Assembly (NCBI RefSeq): GCF_006345805.1
Contig: NC_042999.1
Coordinates: forward strand, 112,468,001 to 112,532,000
Direction: 5' to 3'
Origin: Octopus sinensis
Lineage: Eukaryota
Length of the DNA: 64,000 nucleotides
In this document: positions 12,225 to 24,365 of the stretch, one piece after another
Position numbering within the stretch: the first letter of the stretch is position 1
Layout: each line of letters starts with the position of its first letter
Translations under genes and position numbers: made by a program
The notes under the pieces: model-generated
The model's input: only the letters and a program-made list of their open reading frames with translations
What the model was told of the DNA's origin: nothing
Databases searched by the model: none

Positions 12225-12610
12225 TATGTCAGGTCACTTTCGAGTGCTACTGGTAACATGTAACCCTGTACAACCTGTTGCATGGTCGGGTCGTCAGCGA
12301 CTAAACCGACAACCCCACCAAGCTTGCTTGGTGAGAAGGGTGTTTATTGGACACCCTGCGGGATGAAAATCAAAACCCGTCAAAGGGTGGAGGAACTCTT
12401 GAGAGTCAACGGCCATCCAATAAATGTCTTAAGGCTGTATCATGCACGGGGACATAGAAATAATCGGACTGAATACCCGATCGCGCGGTTAAACCATTAG
12501 GAGTGAAGGACTCCTAGCCTTTGCTAGGGCATCCTTCTAGGAGAAGGTAACTCAGGTAACTGGGATAACTCCGACATAAAACCTGCGGCTCAGCGGTTAC
12601 CGATGATGTT
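12225..12610 (+). mobile_element. CpG-rich structured interspersed repeat, probably RTE-associated UTR sequence
   Basis: Abrupt composition shift inside microsatellite; CCTTCTAGGAGAAGGTAACTC...AAAACC resembles RTE UTR segments; multiple perfect hairpins; no TE ORF. Confidence 0.4.
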
Positions 12611-13132
12611 GATTTATTCTTCTTTTCGGATTATGGCTGCTGTTACTTAGTGAGTGGGATTGACTCAGTGCACAGCCTTTTCTCACTTTAAAAAATATCT
12701 TCTTGCATGGGCATTGCACGATAACAACATTGATTAAGCTTCGTACAATGGCCATACTCGATAACGAGAGGGCAGCCACCATATGTATATGTATATGTAT
12801 ACATACATTCACACACACACATATATGTATGTATATCTATGTGTGTGTCATTGTATTGTGTTTGTTCTTCAACACTGTTTGACAAATGTTGGTTTGTTTA
12901 CACCCTCATAACTTAGCAGTTAAGCAAAAGAGGTTGATAGGATATGTACCAAGCTTTTTCCCTTATACCTATGTGAGTTATTTCTGAGTATGCATTGTCT
13001 GGGATACTTTTTCTTGCAGTAGAAGAAATAGCCAAATTTTTGGCTGCTATTTCTATAAAGCTCGGTGGGTGGTAAAGTAAATTATTTTACTTTACCCTAT
13101 TTTTATAAAGTATATATATATTTTGCACGCAT

Positions 13133-13297
13133 AGGCGCAGGAGTGGCTGTGTGGTAAGTAGCTTGCTAACCAACCACATGGTTCCGGGTTCAGTCCCACT
13201 GCGTGGCATCTTGGGCAAGTGTCTTCTGCTATAGCCCCGGGCCGACCAATGCCTTGTGAGTGGATTTGGTAGACAGAAACTGATAGAAGCCTGTCGT
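13133..13297 (+). mobile_element. tRNA-derived SINE family A, well-preserved head
   Basis: A box TGGCTGTGTGG (13144), B box GGTTCAGTCCC (13187), then CTTGGGCAAGTGTCTTC...GTGGATTTGGTAGAC. Confidence 0.85.
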
Positions 13298-13996
13298 ATA
13301 TATGTATATGTATATATATGTATGTGTGTGTGTTTGATTACGTTGTTTTTTCTTCATTTTTTTGCCAAACTGTTGTCAGTGGGACATATTTTTGTAGTAA
13401 AAGAAATAATGGTCATCTGGCTGCTATTTCTAATGCTTTCGGTATGTGGTCTAGCAACCTGTTGCAAAGACCCTCCAGTTTATGCCTGTGCTAGGTGTAT
13501 TTTTCATTTCTATTAATTTCACATTACTACACAGTATACAAGTATAGTACAGTATCATTTAAGTAGGTATCAATCATATTATAAATCAATGAAGTCTAGA
13601 ATTTTATTTTGAGAATTAATTGTGGTTTGATTAGGGTATAATCAATTTGGCAAAGAAACTAAAGAGAAAATATTACGACGATGACCACCACAGATCTACA
13701 ATGGAAGAATTCACCACGTGTAGTTGAGGGTAAAAGAAATCGTTGAACGACAGTAAGTACGTCCAAAATTTATAAAGCAGTGACATACATACATACATAG
13801 ATACTTGTAGCACACATGTATATACGTGCAGAGTGAAAATAAATCACACTATTTAATGTGACGGACTACACTGCAAAAAAATCAAAAATTTCATTTCTGT
13901 TTACAAACTTTCTCCGTGTCTATACGCACAAATACTTTTATGTATACACACGCAATATTTAAGAACAAGGAATATACACATTTTCTGTCTCTACGG

Positions 13997-14444
13997 ATGA
14001 CCAGAACCAACAGAATCGCCATGGTGAAATCCATAGCGGCGTGCGATAAGACTGGTCGCTGCTCTAAAATAGAACACTGCCCAGAAAATCACACCTGCCA
14101 CATCTGTACGGAACCCGAAAATACGTTCCGTAATCGCTGGGTCGAATGTGGGACATGTCTCATCTCTGTCTGCCTCCAATGTGCCACGGACTTTCAGAAG
14201 ATCCCAGGCCAAAAAAAGAGCCATCATAATGCTATGATGGATAGACTCTGGAAGATGGTTCAGCTTAAATCTTGGACTTTTCAGTGTCAGGCCTGCGTGC
14301 CTCCACAACCGACGATTGTGTCTCCCCCTGCCACTCCCGTGGAGGAGGCGGAACAGCAACAGCAGCAACAACAAAATCAACCACAACCAGAGCAGCAGCA
14401 ACATCAACAACAACAACAGCAACAACAAAATCAACCACAACCAG

Positions 14445-14477
<33 letters not shown>

Positions 14478-14627
14478 TAGAGCAGCAGCAGCAGCAACAA
14501 CAAAATCAACCACAACCAGAGCAGCAGCAACATCAACAACAACAACAGCAACAACAAAATCAACCACAACCAGAGCAGCAGCAACATCAACAACAACAAC
14601 AGCAACAACAAAATCAACCACAACCAG

Positions 14628-14660
<33 letters not shown>

Positions 14661-15319
14661 TAGAGCAGCAGCAGCAGCAACAACAAAATCAATTGACCAG
14701 TGCGGTTCTTGCAGAACTGCAACAATCGATCTGTGCTTTAAAAGGGGAAGTAGCAGGAATAAAAGCAACCATTCAGGTTGGACTCCACAATGAGGGGTCT
14801 TATCGGAATGCTCTGCTAAAGAACCTCCCTGCACCTGTACCTCTTGTCGCATTTAAGACTGCGGATTCTGCCACCCATGAAGTCATTACCATTGGGGTAC
14901 CAGAAGACATGGCTGATCTTCAGGCTTTTGCTGCCAACTCAGCCAAAGACCTAGGCTGCGTTCCCCCAACGGGTGCTATCCGCCTTGGACGACCTGGCCC
15001 AAAACCTAGGCTCATCAAGTTGTCTTTTACGGACCCCACTGAGGCAACCTCTTACCATCTGGCCTCAGTTAAAGCTGGGCGGGAAAATCGGACCACCTTC
15101 CGAACACGCCCAGGCTTACCGTCCGATGTACGTCCGAAGCTACGTGTAGTGGCTTCCCTGAATAGGAACTCAGCTCTACAGGAAAGCTTCAGTCTTCGGG
15201 AAGATGGACAAATCTGGAGATTTGTCAAGACTGCTGAAACGTGGAAGAGAGATACCAGCTGGTCTGAGTGCTCTCTACCCACAATAACTAAAAAGACTAC
15301 AACAACTCAGGGAAACTAA
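13997..15319 (+). CDS. LINE ORF1 protein: PHD-like finger, polyQ block, coiled coil, RRM-like C-terminus
   Basis: Open frame from ATG 13997: CHIC...VECGTC...VCLQC...FQCQAC; Q-rich 14354-14692; LAELQQSICALKGEVAGIK heptads; RLGRPGPKPRLIKLSF typical of CR1/L2 ORF1. Confidence 0.85.
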
Positions 15320-18139
15320 GCCAGAACAACCTGCCATCCTCTACACACCATCATAAACTGCGAGCAGGGTACAAATTGTTGTCCTTAAATGCTCGCAGTT
15401 TATGCAACAAAATACATTTGTTCAACGCCTACGTCAGAAGTGTTGACCCTGACTTCATCACTGTCACGGAAACATGGGCGCATTCCTTACTCTGTGATGG
15501 GGTTTTCAACATTACGGGGTACAACCTCTTCCGTAAGGACCGCACTAACCGCCGTGGTGGTGGTGTGATGGTCTACGTTCGTTCAAATTTTTTGGTAATT
15601 CCTTGTGCCGATTTGAACGAATCACAAGAAGAAGTTTTTTTCTGTGACGTGCGTATGACCATGTCAACACTCCTGCTTGGCGTTGTTTATCGTCCCCCAA
15701 GTTACCATCGGGACACACAGCTTTGCAATGTCCTCCGAGCTGCTGCCAGGAAAACAGCCACTTATGTGTTTATTGCAGGCGATTTCAATCATCCTGAGAT
15801 CGATTGGGAGACCTTCCATTGGCCACAGAGTGCAAACGATTTTGTTGAGCTTGTGCTGGACTCAAACTGGTCACAAGTAGTCACCTCTCCAACAAGAGGC
15901 GACAACACCTTGGACCTGCTCTTCACCACAACTCCTGAAGCGGTTATCAATTGCACTACGGAGGAACCTCTAGGTGACTCTGATCATGCTATGATCATCG
16001 CCAATCTGGCTCTTGCGGGCAACAAAAACCTGAACCATCTCCAATCTGCTTCCTTCGATTGGAAGAGAGCAGATTGGAACCTGTACCACACTGAACTACA
16101 GCACCCAAACTGGCGTGAATTCTACAACTCTGGAGATGTGAATACTATACTCCAGAGTATCCTGGACTCAATATGGGCAGCATGTGCAGCATCAGTGCCA
16201 CGTAAACAAAAAAAGAAGAACCGCCCCAAAAGGGCAATTTGGGAAACTTCAGCGGTCCGACTTGCCAGGAGGGAACGTCGGACTGCTGAACGGGAATACA
16301 GGTTGCATAAATCAGACACCAACAGGAAGAAGCGGAATAAATCCTCCAACCATCTCAAGCAAGTGACAAAAAAAGCAGTGCTTGAATTTGAACAGTGCAT
16401 AGCAGCCAATCCTGACAGCAAGGTTTTCTGGAAATATGTGCACTCAAAGCAGAGACCTCACTCTCCAGTGGGCCCTCTTCGCAACCCTCACACAAACCAG
16501 ATCACTGACGACCCCAAGGAATGCGCAGAACTCATTGCCGAGTGCTATGCAAACATATTCACTGTTGAAAGTCAAAATGTACCATCTTCACCATCACTAA
16601 CAGCAAACTCCATAACAACTATGGAATTTACACCTGCAATGCTGCGACGTCACCTTCAAAATAAGCGCAACTATGCCTCCCCTGGTCTCGATGGAGTTAC
16701 ATACCTGCTTCTCAAACGTGGCAGGCACTTCCTTTTACACCAGCTTTCTATTTTCTTCCAGTACTGTCTCAACAATGGTGCTACTCCGGAGCAGTGGAAA
16801 ACTGCCAGTGTCATTCCTCTGTTCAAAAAGGGCGACCGCACATCACCTGTCAACTATCGCCCAGTCAGTCTCACTAGCTGTATTGCAAAACTGATGGAAT
16901 CGTGTGTCAGAGAAACACTCTGGAACTTCTGGAGCTCTCACAGTCTCATCCGACCCTCACAATATGGATTTGTCCCTAACTCCAGCTGCAGTGACCAGCT
17001 TGTCGAGTTCCTTGAGGACATTACTCAGATTACTGACAGTGGCTCATGGGTGGATGTTGTCTACCTTGACTTTGCTAAGGCTTTCAACTCTGTGCCACAC
17101 AAAAGGCTTATGGTGAAACTCTCTGCAATGGGTGTGGGGGATGACCTTTTTAACTGGTTGAAATCCTTCATCCTCAGCCGAAAGGAGGTAGTCACAGTTC
17201 TAGGACAGCACTCTACACCATATGAGATGTCATCGGGTGTACCACAGGGATCTGTCCTTGGTCCCCTCTTGTTTGTGGCATACATTAACGACATAGATGC
17301 CAATTTAAAGAATGCCACAGTATTGAAATATGCAGACGACATCAAGCTGTACCTTGAAATCAAGAGGACAGATCCTGATGTCTACAACTCTTTCCTGCAA
17401 TCAGACCTAGACACAATGCAGCAATGGATCACAGACTGGCAACTGAAACTGGCTGTGGACAAGTGTACCACCATGCATTTTGGGAGAAAAAACCCTGCGT
17501 TCACATACTCCCTCCACAACACTGATATCAAGAAATCCTCTTGCGAGCGTGACCTAGGCATCACTGTCAGCAGTGATTTGCGTTGGTCAAAGCATATCTC
17601 TAAGATTGTCAGGAAGGCCGAGGGTGTCTTGGCATCACTCAGCAGGTCTTTTGTTAGCCGCTCTCCAGCCATCTATTTAAAACTGTATACAGCTATGGTA
17701 CGACCACACTTGGAATTCGCATCATCAGTTTGGAACCCCTATCTTGCACAGAACATTGACCTCCTGGAATCTGTCCAGAGACGTGCAACCAAACGCATAC
17801 CCTCCATCAGACACCTACCATATTCTGAGCGCCTTGTTTCCCTGGGCATGGATTCACTGAAGCTCCGGCGTTTGGCGACGGACTTGGTAAACACCCACAA
17901 AGTTATCAACCACCTCACCAACAACAACACTGAACACCTTTTTGATCTCCATGTGTCTAACACACGGACATGCCTACAAAGTCAGAAAACAATACAGCTC
18001 CCATGACTTTCGGAAACATTTTTTCACGCTCAGAGTTGCTGAAGCATGGAATAAACTGCCTGCGTCAGTTGTTGACTGCCATGACACTGCATCTTTTAAG
18101 GCCCTCATGCTTTCCGAAATCCGCCGAAACTACACCTGA
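15292..18139 (+). CDS. LINE ORF2: APE endonuclease plus reverse transcriptase; no 5' ATG; one frameshift near 17966
   Basis: SLNARS, VTETW, GDFNHP, LDL, SDH (APE); YRPVSLT, QYGF, DFAKAFNSV, GVPQGSVLGP, YADD (RT). The C-terminus HAYK...AWNKLP continues in the next frame to 18139. The frame is open from 15292. Confidence 0.92.
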
Positions 18140-18348
18140 TTATATATACACTTTAGATGAGTTGTAGTGCACCTGAGCACTGTACACAATTATTATTATT
18201 ATTATTATTATTTAAAAAAGGTTAAAAAGTATGGGGCTTGAAATGTTCGACTAAACCCTTCTAGGCATTCCCCAACATACTGAAACAAGTAAAAAATAAC
18301 GATTAAAAAAATCCCTACAGAGTGAGACAGGGAGAGAGAGACACACAT

Positions 18349-18417
<69 letters not shown>

Positions 18418-18559
18418 TAATTTAAGTTTATTAAATGTGAATTGTTTGAGGCAAATTTGGATACAAGTAGCCCAGTATTTTCTTCAAGTACCCCAGTATT
18501 TTCTTTTAATATAAATATTTGTGTCCATATAGGCACTGTGTCTAAGAAAAACTATGTGT

Positions 18560-18614
<55 letters not shown>

Positions 18615-19016
18615 TATTCTTATAACACAGTCTGCAGATATATATACACATATGTATCATTAGTAATTGCAGTGACATTGTTTAAATATATCTGTCTGTC
18701 TCTGTAAATATATAATTGTAGAAGTTTATATACTTTTATGTGTATATAATTGTATATTTGTGCTTGAATGATGTGTCTATGCATTGATCTACATAAGTGC
18801 ATGTATTTATGTAATACATGCATATGTATATGTGTGTGTATATATATATACATATACATATGTACATATATATCTATACATACATATATACAGATATATG
18901 TACATACATATACTTATATACACATATACATGTATATACGTATGCATATATACATACACACATACACATATATATATGTATATATACGTATATATATATA
19001 TGTATATATACATATG

Positions 19017-19048
<32 letters not shown>

Positions 19049-19054
19049 TATACG

Positions 19055-19085
<31 letters not shown>

Positions 19086-19142
19086 GTATATATATATGTG
19101 TGTGTATATATATATGTGTGTGTGTATGTATATATATATATA

Positions 19143-19206
<64 letters not shown>

Positions 19207-21596
19207 TATATATACATGCTCATATACAGACAGGCACATATGGATGTTATACTAGGAACACTTTTATTTACACGTTGCTCTGTTGTGCAAATGACGTACT
19301 GGTTAGCACCTCATGTTGTTACAATTAGACATTTTGGGAAATAGTCCAGCTGCCGAGTTCATCTGATAAGGAGTTTGTATTGAGACCTACAGGCATGTTA
19401 GGAAATGATGGAATAGAATTAAAATGGTGAGGACAGCGACACCTATAGTATCAATACCGTTGTTGTACTTTATATATTTTTGTTGTTGTTGTTGCTGTTT
19501 GAATGTATGAGATATAGAAAAGTAGAAAAAATATGTATATGTGTCTTTGTGTGAGTGTGGACATGTGAAACACCTATCAGATTTACATGTACATTTAGTA
19601 CTAATACAGATATACAGATCTACACATACACACATATGCATTCATTTATGTATACACACATGCATTCAATTAACAAATATATTCTCATTATTCATGCACA
19701 TAAAATATAAATATATGTTGACACACATATGCACACTTACATGTATTTATGTACATGCATACATGTATACATAGATACATATTTCATATGAGACCAAAGG
19801 TTTGGTAAAATCTAATATAAAAGAATAATGTATTTCTATTATGTAATAAGATAATGTTTTTCCTTTTACATTTTCATAGAAATGAATATCTTAAGGGAAG
19901 AAAGAAAAATGTGGTAGGCTGGATCAGCACCGATGTATAATTAATTCTTATTGCATTGGTCCTAGAACAATGAAATGCAAAGCTAACTTCAGTAGGATTT
20001 AAATTCTGAACTTCAAATGATGTAACTAAATACCACTAAGTATTTTGTTCTGCATTCTATTCTTTTTTTTAGTGTTATATCTTATGCTTTAAAAAAAGAA
20101 TAGCAGTGTCCATGATGTTTTTTCAAGACCCCTGTGACTGGTGGAAGGAATGGAGGAAGTTATCCTCAAACTGGAGACCTGGTTTAAATGTTTGTTGTAA
20201 AGTGGACTCCACTAAAGGTATCCATGGGCTATTGATGGTGGTGTTAAATCAGGCATGGTATTAAGTTTACTATGCATGATTAAATCTACTAAGATTAAAT
20301 CTAGTATCATAAGTCCCTCTCCTTCTTCAGATGCCATGCCTACAAACATCATTTATTACAGGCCTCCAAGTCAAAGTCAAATAATGCATAACTTTTCTCA
20401 AGAAAGATACAGGGGTTCTTTTCTATTGTCTTCTGTTGGTTTATTTATATTTTAACCTGTTAATCTCCATCTCTCCCAAGTTAACCTTGAAGCACAAAAC
20501 CCCTTCAAACCTTAGATAAGTGAATTGGTTCACATAACAGGAGGGCATGTTTTCACACTAGTGAACCTCTGTGACACATACCTAGAAGCCCTCCCCTCTG
20601 AGTCCTACAGAACAAGCTCTGTTATTGACCAATAACTGGGTTTCTCAACAGGTACTACGACCCTGGGCCAGAGCAGACCTGGGAGCAGTGGTGATTAAGG
20701 AATAACACCATACTCTCCAAAACGTTTGAACTCTTGAACTGGAGTTCCTAATATTTGTAGTCTAATCCTCCAAAATATGTCTATCACACAAATTAGCTAA
20801 TTAATCATTGATAGAGTGAGCAGAGTATTTTGGACAATTAAAGTGTGTTATAAGGCACAACCTATTATGCAGAGCAAATGAGTTAGTTACCATTGCAATA
20901 CTTAATTGAATAGACTAAACAAATGTAAACAAAGGCCATTTTTTTAATACAAAATTAAATCTATCACCAAACTTTAGTCTGCTTTGTAAAATTAATTATA
21001 GCACCCATGTTGTCCAGCCCTAATAGTGAGCTAATGAGAGAACCGCTATGTGGTTACTTGCGCTCCTAGGAATAACCACAAAATCTCTCTCAGATAGCAC
21101 TCAACTTCTTTAAAAAAGGATTTGCTATATAATGTGGGGCTGGGTTCCATGCACATAGGAAAAAGTGGGATGATTATGGCTGGAATACCTTTGATCACAG
21201 AATTGTTTAACCAGGGTGTTACAGGGCTAAGCAACAATAATAACAACAAAAATAAATTTTGGCACATGGCCAGTGATTTGGGGGTAGGGGGCTAGCCAGT
21301 GTGTTAATGGTTCTGCCAGCTCACTATCTTGATAATGATGATATCAAGCTTATTGTATACAATGCTCAGGTGCAACATATTAGGAAAAGGATAACAGAAG
21401 GAGTCAGGAAGAAGCAATAACTCAAGTAAAGAAAGATAGCAATAATATCTGGAAGTATGTTCTGGCTGTGAAAAGACAGATCAGTCTTCATGGCACTGTC
21501 ATTGCTTAGTAAGAAATGTGGGTTCAAAAACGAGCCAAGTATTTGGATAGATTGCAAGTGCTCTAGTTGCATACAATAATAATAATAATAATAATA

Positions 21597-21646
<50 letters not shown>

Positions 21647-21710
21647 GCAATAAAAACATGGTTTTGGTCTCTGAGGTCAACCCCAACAGAATTAAATTTA
21701 TGTCTAATAA

Positions 21711-22076
21711 AAGCTCAAGAATTCTATATACCAATGTAAAATTTCTTGCAGTACCGATGTCTACTTCTACATTGGTGCATCCTCTTCCCAGTTATCTAAG
21801 ATAATTTCCAATCATTATTCTTCATTTAGGGATAGCAGTAAACGTCATAGCACAGGGCTAAGTAAATTAGTTTGGTATCTTAAAGACAACAATAAGGATT
21901 TTAAGTTCATCCTGTCCATATCTTTCCCTTACGATAAGGGCAAAGGATTTTGTAACATTTGCAACTCTGAACTTTTCCATATTCTCTTCTCTAAGAATCA
22001 CCTTGTTAATACACTTATAGAGCGATCTTACAAATGTAAGCACTGGCAGAAACATACCTTTAGCTCATATAAGTGA
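21711..22076 (+). pseudogene. Penelope-like (Naiad-type) GIY-YIG endonuclease fragment
   Basis: Stop-free 121-codon frame without a start: KNSIYQCKISCSTDVYFYIG...NHYSSFR...STGLSKLVWYLKD...CNICNSE...CKH. Not in the supplied ORF track. Confidence 0.85.
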
Positions 22077-22346
22077 TTTTACCAGTCTTTGTAGTTTGAA
22101 CATTTAGTTCAACTTGCACTTTACTTCAATAGAGAAATCTACTTCCAAGCCTTTGAACATTTTTTCAACAAATATCCCCCTTTATTTGTTCCCTACTTAT
22201 TATTTCTTTACCCCTTCTCTTTCTAGTGTCTGCCTTTGACGTCGAATCTACTAACGGTTTTTTTTTAAATACTTAATAACATTCTGTTTATCATTTATGC
22301 AGTCATCAAAATTGTTATAATGTCTTGTTGTTGAGATAGGTTCTCT

Positions 22347-22439
22347 TTCTTTCCTGATGAGAAGATTGCATTTTACACCATTTATTCCTTTGGAATAAAA
22401 CCAATGTTATCTTCGAAACATATTTTGAAAGTAAAAGAA
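22347..22439 (+). ncRNA. Type I hammerhead-like motif with extended stem II, in the PLE 3' region
   Basis: CTGATGA (22354), GAAGAT/ATCTTC perfect 6-bp stem II enclosing a TTTATTCC/GGAATAAA hairpin, GAAAC (22415), GTA (22431), TTCTTT/AAAGAA stem I with one offset base. Confidence 0.7.
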
Positions 22440-22642
22440 TTTGAATAGCATCTGCATTCAACTCCATTTACTTACTTATACTACACAAATTACTGCACAC
22501 TAACCTGGAATTTCTACCTTTGAATAGGTCGCTACATCCTTGTTACTTGCGTGAATTTTGCTACCCTGGTAACTGTTTATTGAATTTTCCATGTTAACGG
22601 TAAACAAAGGATAATTCATTCATCCATTTATATATATATATG

Positions 22643-22731
<89 letters not shown>

Positions 22732-22990
22732 TGTGTGTGTGTATATGTTTGTGTGTCTGTGTTTGTCCCCACAACATCGCTTGACAACCAATGCTGTTGT
22801 GTTTACGTCCCCGTAACTTAGCGGTTCAGCAAAAGTGAACGATAAAATAAGTACAAAGAATAAGGCTTACAAAGAATAAGTCCTGGGGTGCTCGACTATA
22901 GGTGGTGCTCCAGCATGGCCACAGTCAAATTACTGAAACAAGTAAAAGAGTATGTATGTATGTATATGTATATTACACACACACATACAC

Positions 22991-23205
22991 ACAGGTGTGT
23001 TCATAATTTGTCTTTACAACTTCCACAATTTATTGTCTAGATATATTGCATGCAAACAATAGAGCCCATATGGAGGTGTTCTGATGATTTTAATAAAACT
23101 TTATCTGTTTTCCTATGTTTTCCAATGAACCCTGCTAAATTATCCTTACTTTTCATGTTTTCCTGAACTCTTCAAAATGTAATGGTAATTTATGGACAAC
23201 CTGTA
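22991..23205. mobile_element. Degraded Tc1/mariner-type MITE
   Basis: ACAGGTGTGTTCATAA versus the reverse complement of TTATGGACAACCTGT: imperfect terminal inverted repeats. Confidence 0.4.
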
Positions 23206-23636
23206 CACAGATAAGACAGATAGACAGACAGACAGAGATAGAAACAAACAGGCAAATAGACAGACAGATTTAAACAACTTATATATAAATGGAACTTGTG
23301 TAATATTTTTAACACTCGTAATCCATATGAATATATGTAGACAGCTATGTCTCAGACACTTGGCCATACAAATTGTCAACACTGAAAGCATGTAAGCACA
23401 CAGAAACATTATAATATGCCATTGTATGTGGTGTAAGAAGAAAGAAGTCTATTTACCTGAAAGTCGTCTAGACATTTGTAATCAATCTGATAATAAAAGA
23501 GAAGACGAGACCACTAGTTCTGATTAAAAAGAAAATAATGCTCAAACATTTTACCATTATGAACAAATAAATGCATAAAATAAGAAAAGACCTATGAAAT
23601 CTATATTTTTGATGTGAAGAATGAAAGCATATCTGT

Positions 23637-23668
<32 letters not shown>

Positions 23669-23690
23669 ACATATACATATATAGATAGAC

Positions 23691-23745
<55 letters not shown>

Positions 23746-23837
23746 CAGACAGATATAGATATGTACGTATGTATTCATATATGCATATATATACTGGAGT
23801 ACTTTTTTTGTTGATTCTACCTATATTGGATCTGTAA

Positions 23838-23920
<83 letters not shown>

Positions 23921-23970
23921 TACATACATATATATATATGCGTATGTATATATGTATATATATATATGTA

Positions 23971-24018
<48 letters not shown>

Positions 24019-24077
24019 CATATATATATACGTATATATATATGTGTGTATATATATGTATATATTTATATATATAT

Positions 24078-24110
<33 letters not shown>

Positions 24111-24328
24111 TATATATTTACATATATATAAACATGTGAATTTGCATGTACCTATACACACACACACGTGCACACACATACACACACACACACTCACATT
24201 TATATATATATAAGAAATAAGGTGAATCTTCAGTGAAAACAGTGTTGCTTGTATAGAAGATATGCTTGCGTCTAGTGCTGGTTGATCATATAGGAGTCAA
24301 TATACATATATATATATTTATAATAATG

Positions 24329-24365
<37 letters not shown>

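Larger units (their letters stand above)
13916..18211 (+). mobile_element. Near full-length CR1-group non-LTR retrotransposon (5' boundary uncertain)
   Basis: ORF1 plus APE/RT ORF2, short 3'UTR with AGTGC-ACCTGA-GCACT stem-loop, (TTA)n tail; no target-site duplication identified. Confidence 0.93.

Noticed and set aside
12240-12315. HDV-like ribozyme candidate (GG-GTCG-TCAG-CGAC-TAA)
   Set aside because: A P4/J4-2-like piece is present but no matching P1, P2 or P3/L3 could be placed.
13133-13200. tRNA-like A/B boxes as a tRNA gene
   Set aside because: No complete cloverleaf; continues into SINE body sequence repeated throughout the window.
13991-17963. Antisense and alternate-frame ORFs over the CR1 element (poly-L, poly-V/A, poly-T)
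   Set aside because: Shadows of the CAA/CAG repeat and of ORF2 codon structure.
22074-22340. Possible selenocysteine read-through of the TGA ending the GIY-YIG frame
   Set aside because: The TGA falls after the natural C-terminal CxH cluster and no SECIS-like AUGA/AA/GA stem was seen.
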